Part shown: piece after piece, positions 8,300 through 18,651 of the stretch
How positions within the stretch are numbered: position 1 is the stretch's first letter
How the letters are laid out: the number at the start of each line of letters is the position of its first letter
Source: a virus
IMG/VR virus record: IMGVR_UViG_3300027896_005002
Location: 315,488 to 379,487 of that record
Direction: 5' to 3' (one strand)
DNA: 64,000 nt
The notes under the pieces: generated by a model
What the model was told of the DNA's origin: nothing
Seen by the model: the letters and a program-made list of their open reading frames with translations, nothing else
Databases searched by the model: none
Translations under genes and position numbers: made by a program

Positions 8300-8524
8300 A
8301 TGACAAGAATTGCAGCAATAAAAATACTAATTTGCCGTGGTTGTGCAATAAAAGTTCACGCAATTAACAAATTTGAATCATCAATAGTACAACTTACTAC
8401 ATATCCTGGTGAACAAGGATGTTCTATATGCGGGCATACCGGCTTATTAAGTGAAGTAATAGTATATAAAGATCAATATTTGAAATATCGACAGCGACAG
8501 TTAACTAAACAAATTGAACTTTGA
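8300..8524 (+). CDS. small zinc-ribbon protein
   Basis: CRGC...CSICGH gives two CxxC pairs. It is a lone plus-strand ORF in a divergent region. Confidence 0.3.
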   Translation: MTRIAAIKILICRGCAIKVHAINKFESSIVQLTTYPGEQGCSICGHTGLLSEVIVYKDQYLKYRQRQLTKQIEL

Positions 8525-8552
8525 AGTTAATTACCATTAATCTCGTTCAGGA

Positions 8553-8768
8553 TTAAAGTGACTTAGCATATAAAGTAGCTAATCTATATGCAGATTCTTC
8601 AGCCTTTTTAGTATTAATAAACATTCTTTTAGTCCACTGATGGAATTCATCATCAGTCGGACTAGGATACATTTTCAGATAATTAATGACCATATTGTCA
8701 ATAAATCTATCTGGAAAAGTTCGAGCAATTTTTTTAAATTCAGATCGTATTTGAGCTAAATGTTTCAA
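8553..8768 (-). CDS. small protein of the MKHLAxIQSEF N-terminal-module family, probably with a TTG start
   Basis: An in-frame TTG-AAA-CAT-TTA-GCT encodes (M)KHLAQIRSEFKKIA... The motif sits 11 codons downstream of the first ATG (8801). AGAAAGG lies 8 nt upstream of the TTG. The annotated 8553..8945 ORF overlaps the next gene, which argues for this shorter start. Confidence 0.35.
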   Translation of the reverse strand: MKHLAQIRSEFKKIARTFPDRFIDNMVINYLKMYPSPTDDEFHQWTKRMFINTKKAEESAYRLATLYAKSL

Positions 8769-8811
8769 TATACATGCCTTTCTATATATTAAAACAGACA
8801 TTATAAAGATA

Positions 8812-9318
8812 TTATTTTTGTAAAGTGAATTTAGGTAAGTCTTCAGTATTTGAGGTCTTAAATGGATCTGAAAAATTGACTCCAGATCCACCTTCAGGAT
8901 GTTTATCATGGGATAATCTATGTCGAATGACTTCAAAAATATCATGAGCTATTTTTACCATCTCAGTCACATTGTTTGAACATATTGAATAAGATTGATT
9001 CGGCAACAAATCAAATAAAATTTTTCTTACTTTATTCAAACTATCTTCAACTTCTTGATCATATCCTTTTAATTTCGACGCAGGCATTGCTATATCTATA
9101 GCATTACTGAATTGAGTTAAACCCAATCTCATAAAAGCTTCTAGTGCGGCAACCATAGCACTTGCCTGATTTTCAGTTAACTCTAAAACATATTTGCCTC
9201 TTGATTGTACAAATGGACATTCTTCAGCACCACGAATAAAAAACTCAGTTGGCACAGTGTAACCATATGGGCATTGATTTTTCATTTTATCATCCATCAA
9301 TACTAATTCCTTCTCCAT
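8812..9318 (-). CDS. hypothetical protein
   Basis: 168 aa, directly downstream of and overlapping the RtcB gene. No archease motifs were seen. Confidence 0.4.
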   Translation of the reverse strand: MEKELVLMDDKMKNQCPYGYTVPTEFFIRGAEECPFVQSRGKYVLELTENQASAMVAALEAFMRLGLTQFSNAIDIAMPASKLKGYDQEVEDSLNKVRKILFDLLPNQSYSICSNNVTEMVKIAHDIFEVIRHRLSHDKHPEGGSGVNFSDPFKTSNTEDLPKFTLQK

Positions 9319-10630
9319 CTTTCATATTATGAATTGGTTTAATTTTATCCAAAATAATAGCTGTTGGCGCTATTGCTTCTTCAATTATTCTTGCGTCCTT
9401 ATAAGCATTAGGAGCTTCATCCAAAGTGCTTCTACCAACGGATGTTGAAAATACAGCTGTCATCTGTTTTTTGAATTCATCTATATTAAGTTCTCTTTTA
9501 GCTTGTGATCGACTCATCACACGCCCAGCTCCATGCGGTGCCGAAAAATTCCATTCAGGATTTGATTGACCTTCACAAAGTAAAATACCATCACGCATAT
9601 TAAAAGGAATAATCATCTTCTCATTTTTATATGATCGAATAGCACCTTTACGTATAATAAAATCATTAAAATCAATGAAATTATGTATGGTCTCAATCAT
9701 TTCTAAAGGCGTTACCTTTAAAATATCAGTGATGATATTCATCATGTATAAACGATTAGTATGAGCATATAATTGACAAAAAATCATATCAAACAAATAT
9801 CCTGCCATGTCTTCATTTTCTAACCACATCAATTCTTCAGGACATTTAATTGTAGGTTGTTCACCTTTTTTTGCTTCCTGAATTTTATGATAAAGTTCAT
9901 CACCTTTATATTGTTGACGTAATTCAATTATTTTATTTTGTATATCTTCTCTTGTCGTTTTCTTCAATTTCTTAATAGCTTTGTTTTGCCAATATTCACA
10001 AACCTTCTTACCAAAATTTCTTGAACCAGAATGTATTGTTATCCAAACATCACCTTTTGTTGACACTCCGGTTTCAATAAAATGATTACCACCGCCTAAT
10101 GTTCCAACACTATCAATAACTCTTTTAAAATTAGCTTCAAGAATTTTACATTTTTGAGTAAGCCAGTCAATATCATATTTTTCCAATTCATACGTAATAC
10201 CCACACGACTATTAAAAGCAGCAAAAAATTTCTGTGCTAATACATTGGCATCATGCCATGGAAAATCATTTTTCATATGAATTACAGATCTTTCATGAAC
10301 ATTTTGCCCAAATGGTACTCGCTGACGAATCTTTCGATCAAATTCATCTAATGATATATCTAACTTTTTCCCAATATTACAAGTCAACATACCGCATGAT
10401 ACATCAACACCAACAACATTCGGCACAATTTTATCAGTTAATTCCATTGTAAATCCGATAACACTACCTTTACCTGCATGAGTATCAGGCATAATTGCTA
10501 CAGGATTTGTAAACACTGGATTATTGATAAATTGAGTGATTTGACCGACACAAGTTTCTTCAACATTGTCGATCATTATTTTTGCGTTTGTATATTTTCC
10601 ATTCATTTGTATCATATTTAATATAATCAT
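9290..10630 (-). CDS. rtcB: RtcB-family RNA 3'-phosphate/2',3'-cyclic phosphate ligase
   Basis: MPDTHAGKGSVIGF...GGNHFIE...GSRNFG...SAPHGAGR are the hallmark RtcB metal- and GTP-binding motifs. Confidence 0.85.
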   Translation of the reverse strand: MIILNMIQMNGKYTNAKIMIDNVEETCVGQITQFINNPVFTNPVAIMPDTHAGKGSVIGFTMELTDKIVPNVVGVDVSCGMLTCNIGKKLDISLDEFDRKIRQRVPFGQNVHERSVIHMKNDFPWHDANVLAQKFFAAFNSRVGITYELEKYDIDWLTQKCKILEANFKRVIDSVGTLGGGNHFIETGVSTKGDVWITIHSGSRNFGKKVCEYWQNKAIKKLKKTTREDIQNKIIELRQQYKGDELYHKIQEAKKGEQPTIKCPEELMWLENEDMAGYLFDMIFCQLYAHTNRLYMMNIITDILKVTPLEMIETIHNFIDFNDFIIRKGAIRSYKNEKMIIPFNMRDGILLCEGQSNPEWNFSAPHGAGRVMSRSQAKRELNIDEFKKQMTAVFSTSVGRSTLDEAPNAYKDARIIEEAIAPTAIILDKIKPIHNMKDGEGISIDG

Positions 10631-10671
10631 ATAATATGCATTGATATGAAGGAAAATTTAACTTATAGAAA

Positions 10672-10707
10672 ATAAAAATGGTCGGCTTGGAATCTTCCTA
10701 GCCGACC
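10672..10707 (-). terminator. rho-independent terminator (minus orientation)
   Basis: GGTCGGCT-12 nt-AGCCGACC is followed on the minus strand by ATTTTTAT. Confidence 0.4.
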
Positions 10708-11040
10708 ATCCTCCAATTTTAAATTTAACTCTTTTACCAATTAAAATCTAAATTCTTTACCAATTAATCAATTTTTCTAATAACATCATTTTTTCTAATA
10801 ATTGATTGGGATTTTCTCCACAATCCGCGCGCATCTAGTTTCATTGCTCAATGAGCTCCACTAGTTTGAAGGGTTTATTACAACGACCTTTTTGCGCAGA
10901 CATATAAGTCTAATAACATAACAAAATTAAATATAACATCATAAATATTAAATAAAAATAATTATTAGTTGTTACGACATTTTGTCCTCCAAGAAAAAGT
11001 TTCATATTATCTATTTTCTAAAAATAAAAAGGATATTTAT

Positions 11041-11679
11041 TTATTCATGTTGTTTTTCGTAGATTGTTCTCGTTAACCATTGTCTTGCTTCTATCTGATC
11101 TACAGTATTATCTTTTATTCTATCATAAAATTCACTATATGAAATCTTCGGAAAAACATCTAGATTAGAATTTAGAGACACATTAAAAACATTTTTATAA
11201 TTTGAAAAAATCTTGAACTTATAAGTCTTTGTATATGGTCGTTCATTCTCTCGACCTCTATGTGGAATGTCATGGAAATGACTAACATTATTTACAAACC
11301 CACAATCGTAACCTAACAAATATATTTCTTTAAAATCTAAAGCAATTCCTAACGACAAAGAAAATAATCCTACTAGAAAAGAACTATATAAACCTTGTTT
11401 TAAACCTTGACCACCACAAAATACATCAGAATCCTGTAATTTCATAATATCTGACGGTACATTGCATACACTTCTTGTAATTTTTATGCATTTTTTATCA
11501 TCAATAAATTGTTTTTGTTTATCATAAAATTCTCTATCAACCCAAATCAAAGCAGTTGGTTCATAAAAATGACAAACAAAATTTGTTCCAAAAGTAAATT
11601 GATTATCTAATTTTTTAAAGTCAAGTTCTTTTATACTTGGTCCGCCACCAATTATTACAAGTTTATTATTCATTATCAT
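11041..11679 (-). CDS. DUF115/MptE-like (Maf-like) putative glycosyltransferase
   Basis: The N-terminal KLVIIGGGPS motif resembles MptE-like/Maf nonulosonic-acid transferases. Confidence 0.3.
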   Translation of the reverse strand: MIMNNKLVIIGGGPSIKELDFKKLDNQFTFGTNFVCHFYEPTALIWVDREFYDKQKQFIDDKKCIKITRSVCNVPSDIMKLQDSDVFCGGQGLKQGLYSSFLVGLFSLSLGIALDFKEIYLLGYDCGFVNNVSHFHDIPHRGRENERPYTKTYKFKIFSNYKNVFNVSLNSNLDVFPKISYSEFYDRIKDNTVDQIEARQWLTRTIYEKQHE

Positions 11680-11726
11680 CTTCTATCCTTATAAGACAGG
11701 AAGGAGATAAAGGTCCAAGGGAAGAC

Positions 11727-12620
11727 TTACTTAATATCTTTTAGGAATTGTTGCATTTTTTCAATATCAGTTTCTTTACCTTCCCAGAATAAAGATAAAT
11801 ATGGAATATTTGGATCATGCCAAGTGCCTGCCAATTTTCTTCCAGGAGGTTCATTAAATGGTGGATAATAACAACAAACTGGTGTATAAAGCACATTAGC
11901 TAAAACCATTAATCCACTACAAGCACCAAAATACATTTTACTTTGTTGAAGAAGTGCTATTACACATAATAAATCAGGTGTTCGTCCAACTAAACTAATA
12001 GCTTGTATGTTGCGTTTTAAAAGTTCAACGTGTATATCATTCGTATAGTCATCATAATATCCGCCAACAAATACTGGAATCCAATTTGTCTTTTTCACTA
12101 TATCTTGTACTACATCAGCCGAAATAGATACATCATAATATCCCCAAGCTTTTTTAGTGCCGTAAGAAGAAAAATTTACAATAAAATAATTTGCTTTTGT
12201 AGATTTAGTCAATGCACCTTCAATTTTATAATGGAAATCTGTTGTCGGAATCTCATCTTTAAGCCAAAGTTCTAGTCTATTGCCATCTTCAAGAAAAGTA
12301 TTTGATTCAACAAATGTTGAAGCACCATTATTTAATTGACAATATTTAACCATTTTTGTTCGATTAGAATAAACAGAGGGATTACGTGATTTACAGATTA
12401 GTTCTATAGGTTTAACATGTTTATTCCACATTGTATGATATTGACTATTAGGACCAAAACTAAGAATTTTATCTTTAGATAATAAATTTAGATAGGCTTT
12501 CATTCTGTCAGGTTCACCACCGGCATATTCAATGTGATATTGATCACCAGTTGTTACAAATTTACTCCATGTCCAACTAAAATCACCAATACCACTTGGC
12601 ACCAAAATTTTGTGAATCAT
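11727..12620 (-). CDS. GT9-like (heptosyltransferase-like) glycosyltransferase, paralog of 18557..19405
   Basis: KILVPSGIGDFSWTW resembles the GT9 N-terminus (ILVIRLSxLGD). It shares clear similarity with the 282-aa paralog (GIGDF.W...GPDR...YLxLL). Confidence 0.35.
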   Translation of the reverse strand: MIHKILVPSGIGDFSWTWSKFVTTGDQYHIEYAGGEPDRMKAYLNLLSKDKILSFGPNSQYHTMWNKHVKPIELICKSRNPSVYSNRTKMVKYCQLNNGASTFVESNTFLEDGNRLELWLKDEIPTTDFHYKIEGALTKSTKANYFIVNFSSYGTKKAWGYYDVSISADVVQDIVKKTNWIPVFVGGYYDDYTNDIHVELLKRNIQAISLVGRTPDLLCVIALLQQSKMYFGACSGLMVLANVLYTPVCCYYPPFNEPPGRKLAGTWHDPNIPYLSLFWEGKETDIEKMQQFLKDIK

Positions 12621-12632
12621 ATAGACTCCTAT

Positions 12633-13547
12633 CTAATTTAAAATTTTTTTCGCTCTATTAATGTTTAAATGATGTCTTTTAAGCAAATCAAACGAATTTA
12701 GAGCAACATTTTCCATTTCTTTTAAATGATCTAAATAATAATAAACTATGTCTTTTAAATTATTTTTATCAAAAAATATCATACTTTCACCATGTCTAAA
12801 AAATTGGTCTTCTAATTCAATATCTGGTTTATCTGCTATTACACAATTATAATTTGATAATAATTCCCATAATCTCATACAATCCCAACCAGCACCTCTA
12901 ATATGAAAATTTAATTTAGATTTTCTTGATATTTCATAGTATCTATCTCTATCTAGAAATGTATCAGTAGCATATACAATTTTAAATTGTTTATGCATAT
13001 TAAATAATATCTTTCCTACATCCCACCGTAATTGATTAGACAAATTTCCAGAAAAAAATATATCAATTGGTCTTTTGTCAAAACTAATAAATTCTTCATT
13101 TAACATATACTTATTTGCAGACATAAACAATGGAACAGCTATTTTCTTTTCATTTTCTTTTATGATTTCTCTTTGAAATATTTTATGAATTCTTATAGGC
13201 GGCAAATTGGGTAATGCAGCTTCATCAGATCCATTTATATAAATAATTTCACCATTAAATTTATTGAAAAAACATTCAATATCATCCCATTTAAAAAACC
13301 AAAAATAACAATAATTTATGATGATATGTGAAATTTCATTATTGTTTATCATTGACAAAATGTTAGATTTAGAATACGCTGTAGGATATTGATTGACTTT
13401 AGTAAATATTGGTGTGTTTTTACCTCGCATATAATCAATATTTGGGTAATCTATGACATTATCTGCTCCTAACAATTCAATTAATCCTGACCACAAAGTT
13501 CCTGCGACATAATCAAAATTTTGACAAGTTATATAAAGAATTTTCAC
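12633..13547 (-). CDS. putative glycosyltransferase (CgeB/GT1-like)
   Basis: Assigned by its context in the glycan island. Similarity is weak. Confidence 0.25.
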   Translation of the reverse strand: MKILYITCQNFDYVAGTLWSGLIELLGADNVIDYPNIDYMRGKNTPIFTKVNQYPTAYSKSNILSMINNNEISHIIINYCYFWFFKWDDIECFFNKFNGEIIYINGSDEAALPNLPPIRIHKIFQREIIKENEKKIAVPLFMSANKYMLNEEFISFDKRPIDIFFSGNLSNQLRWDVGKILFNMHKQFKIVYATDTFLDRDRYYEISRKSKLNFHIRGAGWDCMRLWELLSNYNCVIADKPDIELEDQFFRHGESMIFFDKNNLKDIVYYYLDHLKEMENVALNSFDLLKRHHLNINRAKKILN

Positions 13548-13558
13548 ATTAGATTCTC

Positions 13559-14179
13559 TTATTCATAAAATTTTTCTCTTTGCCAAATAGCTTGACCTTC
13601 AGGATTATACGATAAATTAGGAAAATAAATGATATGACCATTATATTTTGTCATTATTTGTTTAATGGCTTCTTTTACTTGACCTATTCCTACATTATCA
13701 AAATATACAGTATCAACGCCTAATTTATAAATTATATCAAATTCTTCAACAACATAATCCTTTTCATGACAGCTATCTAAAAAAGCAAAATTTATTTTTA
13801 CATCAATTTCATTTAAGAAATTAATACTATTATTACAAATAATCTTTATGTTGGTTAATCCTGATTTTGCTATATTATCTGATGCTATTGCAACTTTTTC
13901 AAGGGAAGAATCGCAAGTTAAAATTGTGCCATTATAACCAGAATCTTTTAAAGCCTGACCCATAATAATTGACGAACATCCATAATTCGTTCCAGTTTCT
14001 ATTAAAAGATTTTCACCTTGTCTTAAACAACCTATAATACAATAATATAGTAATCCCCATGCCGGGTATCCAATTGATGAACCATTTTTCAAAAACGCTT
14101 CACCATTATCATGAACATCATCCAAAATTTTTAGATATTCATTAGGAAGCAAATTTCTGTTATAATTGAAATATCTCAT
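13559..14179 (-). CDS. class I SAM-dependent O-methyltransferase (TylF/MycF-like)
   Basis: LIETGTNYGCSSIIMGQAL is SAM motif I. It is a tandem paralog of the next gene. Confidence 0.5.
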   Translation of the reverse strand: MRYFNYNRNLLPNEYLKILDDVHDNGEAFLKNGSSIGYPAWGLLYYCIIGCLRQGENLLIETGTNYGCSSIIMGQALKDSGYNGTILTCDSSLEKVAIASDNIAKSGLTNIKIICNNSINFLNEIDVKINFAFLDSCHEKDYVVEEFDIIYKLGVDTVYFDNVGIGQVKEAIKQIMTKYNGHIIYFPNLSYNPEGQAIWQREKFYE

Positions 14180-14751
14180 TTTCTTACACTCAAAAGTAGA
14201 CCTTTATTTGATGGAAATATTACAGTATTCCAATCTTTTAAACTTTTCATGTACTCATATATATGCATCATTCTATGATCTGTATAAATATCATGAAATA
14301 ATGCTATTCCTTCATGATATATTTTATCTTTAACTATATCAAATTCAGCTACTGCAGTTTGAAAAGAATGTTGACTATCATGAAAAAAAACATCACAATA
14401 CTTAATATTTTTTATTAACTCCGGCAATAATTGTAAAGAATTTCCCAATTTAAATTCAAATTTTGCATTTAGACCAAACTTATCAATCCACGATTTTGTC
14501 CCAAAATCAGTTACATCCATTGTAAATATTTTACCATTTATATCAGCATCCCGTAAAGCCAATGCCATACATATTGATGAATATCCTTTATTTGTACCTG
14601 TTTCTATAATAATAAATGGTTCTGAATCTCTACCTACTCTATTGCTGCTTTTAGCTTTAGATATGACAAAATAATATAATAAATAGCCTAGTTCAAACTC
14701 TACAGACATTCCAGTCATATTTTTATTTAATTCTTCAATATCATTTTGCAT
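14176..14751 (-). CDS. class I SAM-dependent O-methyltransferase (TylF/MycF-like)
   Basis: IIETGTNKGYSSICMALAL is SAM motif I. It has an ATGA overlap with its neighbour. Confidence 0.5.
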   Translation of the reverse strand: MQNDIEELNKNMTGMSVEFELGYLLYYFVISKAKSSNRVGRDSEPFIIIETGTNKGYSSICMALALRDADINGKIFTMDVTDFGTKSWIDKFGLNAKFEFKLGNSLQLLPELIKNIKYCDVFFHDSQHSFQTAVAEFDIVKDKIYHEGIALFHDIYTDHRMMHIYEYMKSLKDWNTVIFPSNKGLLLSVRK

Positions 14752-15706
14752 TTAAAAATTTCTTTCTTTCATATTCTAGACATTCAATAACTGTTTCTTG
14801 AATAGAAAATTTGGGATACCAACCTAAATCTACTCTTATTTTTCTAGAATCTGCAACTTTATCAAAAGCTTCTTTATATGCAGATCCATGTAACTTAACA
14901 GGATCTGTAAATTGAATTTCAGATTTACTTCCCGATAATTTTAAAACCATTTTAGCTAAATCTAAAATAGTAATTTTGTTTAATTCATTACCAACATTAA
15001 AAACTTCTCTATTTACATCAGAATTTTGTATAAGCATAATTCCAGAAACAATATCTTTTACATTAGTAAAACTTCTAACCATTTTACCATCATAATAAAC
15101 TGTTAATGGTTCATTTCTTAAAGCAGCATTAATAAATCGAGGTAAAACAAAACCTCCTGGGATTGCACTTTGTCGTAATCCAATAATATTAAAAGGTCTT
15201 ATAATATTTATCTTCAAATCTAAAACTGAACTAGTATTCAATCCGCTAATTTCAGCCAATAATTTACCAACAGCATATTCTTGTCTTGCACTTGAATCAC
15301 TAATTACTATTTTATTATCAGTTTCTGCTAAATGTTCTTTTGGTGACGGTCCATATAATTCTGATGTTGAAACATATAATAGTTTTGCACCAGTTTCAAT
15401 ACATAATTTCATAACATTGCTTGTTTCTTCAATAATTCTACGACCAATTTGACCTGAATACTTTAAAACACCAACAGGACCAACAACACTTGCACAATGA
15501 TAAATATGATCATACTTTTTACTAGTAACAAATGTATTAATATCCTGTTTAATTATTGTAACTTGATTTTGATTAAAGAATGATTCAGTAATAACGTTTG
15601 ATTGACAATTATCAACAATATCAATATTATCAATTGTATTTGCTAATAAATTTTCAACAATATGAGAACCCAAAAAGCCTAATCCTCCGGTTACTAGATG
15701 ATTCAT
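14741..15706 (-). CDS. NAD-dependent sugar-nucleotide epimerase/dehydratase (extended SDR)
   Basis: VTGGLGFLGSHIV is the GxxGxxG motif. YAVGK is the YxxxK catalytic motif. The protein is 321 aa. Confidence 0.7.
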   Translation of the reverse strand: MNHLVTGGLGFLGSHIVENLLANTIDNIDIVDNCQSNVITESFFNQNQVTIIKQDINTFVTSKKYDHIYHCASVVGPVGVLKYSGQIGRRIIEETSNVMKLCIETGAKLLYVSTSELYGPSPKEHLAETDNKIVISDSSARQEYAVGKLLAEISGLNTSSVLDLKINIIRPFNIIGLRQSAIPGGFVLPRFINAALRNEPLTVYYDGKMVRSFTNVKDIVSGIMLIQNSDVNREVFNVGNELNKITILDLAKMVLKLSGSKSEIQFTDPVKLHGSAYKEAFDKVADSRKIRVDLGWYPKFSIQETVIECLEYERKKFLNAK

Positions 15707-17934
15707 GATATCTGCCTCCTAATATAAGGTTCAATAAATTTGTTCCATTCATTAACTTGTTCACCTAATTTATAATCTAAAAAAGCATGATTTATATGAT
15801 ATCCTAATCGTTCAGCATTCATACCAAAATGTTTTGTAAATGCAAATTGTGTATCTAATGCTGTTATTCTATTTGAATCAATTTTTTCAGTATAAAGTGT
15901 CCTTCCCATAAAACCTTGACTTCTCAAATGTATAAATGGTCCTGATGGCACAGATAAACTAATATACCCTAAATACGCAGCTTTTGATCCCATCCAACCT
16001 TCATAAAAATTAAATCCTGGTAAAAATCCTCCAGCTTTTTCCCATAAAGCTCGTTTTACAATTATAAGCCCACCTGGCCAAAAAGCTAATCCCAATTTTT
16101 TATTCAAAAGTTTTTCTCTATTACCTTTAATTAAATCCATATATGGAAACCCAGAATGAGTCAACATACTACTAAAATTAGCAGGTAAATTAATATGATC
16201 AGAAAAGATGATTTCTTTATTTTTTTCTTTCCACACATCAAGATAATCAAAAAATAATTTATATGTTAAATTACCATTGTTCCATGCTGCATCATCTTTA
16301 TAAAATTCTTCAATTATTTTATAATAAATATCTATATTTGAATCATTTATCTCATATCTAAAAATCCAATTTAATGGATCCAAAGTTGTTGGTATAAATC
16401 CAACTAATGCTAATAATGGCGCTTCAATATGAGGCAATCCCAACATTCCTAATTCAACAGGTCCTTGAGGTCCATTTAATTTAACATTATTTACATTATT
16501 TATTAAAATATAAGCAGCATCTAACCATTCAAAAGATGGTAAAACACCATCTTCTATTATTGCAACCCACTCATTGTCACAATTTTTAAAAATAAAATTT
16601 AAATTACTAGATAAATCAGGAGTATCATTAACAATAAATTTAACCCCAAAAGAATCACAAATTACTTTTTTCTTTTCAACTTCATCTTGTAACGGTGTTC
16701 CATCGTCAGATACTATGTATTCTACATCTTTAACATTAGTAAATTTTTGCAATTGTGGTAATAATGCTTTTAATCTATGACTTGCTATACTAACACTTGG
16801 AATTGCAATAGTAATTTTCATATTACACCTATTTATATTTAATTTTGATAAATTGATTTCTTTTTCTTGCTGTTCAGATTGTTGTTGTTCAATAGTTTTT
16901 ACTTGTAATGTATCTAATATTGACTTAAAAGTTAATCTCCATCGTTTATGTGTAATTTTTCTCCAATTAATAAGAGATTTTGAAATTGATTCAACAGATA
17001 AAGAATCGCACCAATCAAGAATATTAAAAGGCTGCCATGGACAATGACTTATATCAATTCTAGATAAAAAAGGTATTTCATCTGCCAAAAATTGTCTATA
17101 ATCTGTTCCAAGTAATAAACTTGGCATACCACTACCTGAACATGGCAAAGCACCATTATTGCGAATGCCTATATAAACATCTTTATCATTAAAAAAATTG
17201 CAAAATTTATTAAATGTATCAAACCAATTAATTGTTTTTGACAATTTTTCTGTAAAATATTCTTGCAAACCAAGATAATTTGATAATTTCCTCTCATATA
17301 TTAAATGAACATTATATTTACTTTTCTCAAATTCATCTATTATATATTTCATTTTTTCAAAATAATTCTTAAATGTATCATCAGTGCTACAACCAACTTC
17401 AGAAGGATTAGCTATTGATAATACAATATCTTTTTTACTAATTACTGATTTTGGCTCAAATGAATAAAAAGCAGGACAAGGTAAAATATGAGTAATATTA
17501 GATGCAAATCCATTCTTTACTGTTAACCACCAATAACAAAATCTATCTCTACAAACAACTAAATCAATAAGTTTTGAATCACGTAATTCAATTAATTCTT
17601 CTTTACCATAATAAAAATCGCTATTATATGGAACTGTTAATCCTACGCCAAGTAACATTAGCCTTTTTTTATATTTAATACAATACTTCCAAGATAATCT
17701 ATGTTCTATATCAAGCCATGATGGTATACCTGGTATAATAACATAATTTGCATTTTTTATTAAGGTTTCTAAAACTGTCGGCCCTTTGTCTTTTAATACT
17801 TTTGATGAAAATATAATATCAAAATTTTGTTGTAATTCGGGTAATAATTTAAAAATACCTTCAATAATAAAGTTACTACCTCCACCATCAAACTCCCAAG
17901 CAGTTGAAATCATTACAATATAATCTTTAGTCAT
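15703..17934 (-). CDS. large multidomain glycosyltransferase (central GT2-like GT-A domain)
   Basis: The central region KITIAIPSVS...YIVSDDGT is GT-A-like. The N- and C-terminal domains are not recognisable. Confidence 0.4.
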   Translation of the reverse strand: MTKDYIVMISTAWEFDGGGSNFIIEGIFKLLPELQQNFDIIFSSKVLKDKGPTVLETLIKNANYVIIPGIPSWLDIEHRLSWKYCIKYKKRLMLLGVGLTVPYNSDFYYGKEELIELRDSKLIDLVVCRDRFCYWWLTVKNGFASNITHILPCPAFYSFEPKSVISKKDIVLSIANPSEVGCSTDDTFKNYFEKMKYIIDEFEKSKYNVHLIYERKLSNYLGLQEYFTEKLSKTINWFDTFNKFCNFFNDKDVYIGIRNNGALPCSGSGMPSLLLGTDYRQFLADEIPFLSRIDISHCPWQPFNILDWCDSLSVESISKSLINWRKITHKRWRLTFKSILDTLQVKTIEQQQSEQQEKEINLSKLNINRCNMKITIAIPSVSIASHRLKALLPQLQKFTNVKDVEYIVSDDGTPLQDEVEKKKVICDSFGVKFIVNDTPDLSSNLNFIFKNCDNEWVAIIEDGVLPSFEWLDAAYILINNVNNVKLNGPQGPVELGMLGLPHIEAPLLALVGFIPTTLDPLNWIFRYEINDSNIDIYYKIIEEFYKDDAAWNNGNLTYKLFFDYLDVWKEKNKEIIFSDHINLPANFSSMLTHSGFPYMDLIKGNREKLLNKKLGLAFWPGGLIIVKRALWEKAGGFLPGFNFYEGWMGSKAAYLGYISLSVPSGPFIHLRSQGFMGRTLYTEKIDSNRITALDTQFAFTKHFGMNAERLGYHINHAFLDYKLGEQVNEWNKFIEPYIRRQIS

Positions 17935-17943
17935 AATTCCTTT

Positions 17944-18651
17944 TTATAGACGATTCTTTGCCGTCTGTTTCCTTTTAAACCGTCTTGATGCTTGATAATG
18001 TATTATTACTGGATTTTCAACTTTTATATAAGGTTCTTTTCCATCTGGTAAACTAAAAATATATGAATATTCTATAGGCAAATAATAACACTTTAAATTA
18101 GTAGAATTTACTAATCGTTCAAACCATATATGTTCTCCAGTATCTAAACTAAAACATTTCTTTCTCCATTCAGTTACAAATTTAAGAACATTATCATTAT
18201 TTCGAAAAAATATCGTTCCATTAAAAACTTCTTTTTTATTTGTATTAGTTCTATACCAAACATTATGGTCTAATACATGAAAAGCAATATCACATTCTTC
18301 AGGAATTGAATCAAATAATTTAGGATAACATTGCACTACAGCATCAGTATCAAGATAAACAATATTTTTAGGTTTGTTTTCAATTAATGCATTTAAAATA
18401 ATAGTTGGTTTGTGTGCAATATTAGCAAGCCAACTACCTTGATCTTCAACTTTTTTACACTCAAATTCAAGTTCCAATCTTTGTAATGATGGTAAAAGAA
18501 TGTCATTTGCCATTTGTTCATAACTACCAGGAGTATAAAAACTAATTACTTTGAATTTATTCATATATACTTTTAACAAATTTACATAAAGCTGTAATGT
18601 CTTGCTTATAATCAGACCATAAAAACCATTTATAAGGAACGTTTGGATCAC
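17944..18651 (-). CDS. GT-A fold nucleotide-sugar transferase (DxD); the true start is probably 18564
   Basis: Contains a YLDTDAV DxD motif. The internal Met MNKFKVISFYTPGSY gives an ATGAATAA overlap with the upstream stop. Confidence 0.4.
   Translation of the reverse strand: MIQTFLINGFYGLIISKTLQLYVNLLKVYMNKFKVISFYTPGSYEQMANDILLPSLQRLELEFECKKVEDQGSWLANIAHKPTIILNALIENKPKNIVYLDTDAVVQCYPKLFDSIPEECDIAFHVLDHNVWYRTNTNKKEVFNGTIFFRNNDNVLKFVTEWRKKCFSLDTGEHIWFERLVNSTNLKCYYLPIEYSYIFSLPDGKEPYIKVENPVIIHYQASRRFKRKQTAKNRL

Noticed and set aside
8812-9318. Archease, the RtcB activator, encoded by the ORF downstream of rtcB
   Set aside because: The ORF lacks the conserved archease N-terminal HTADV-like and C-terminal motifs. 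It is left as hypothetical.
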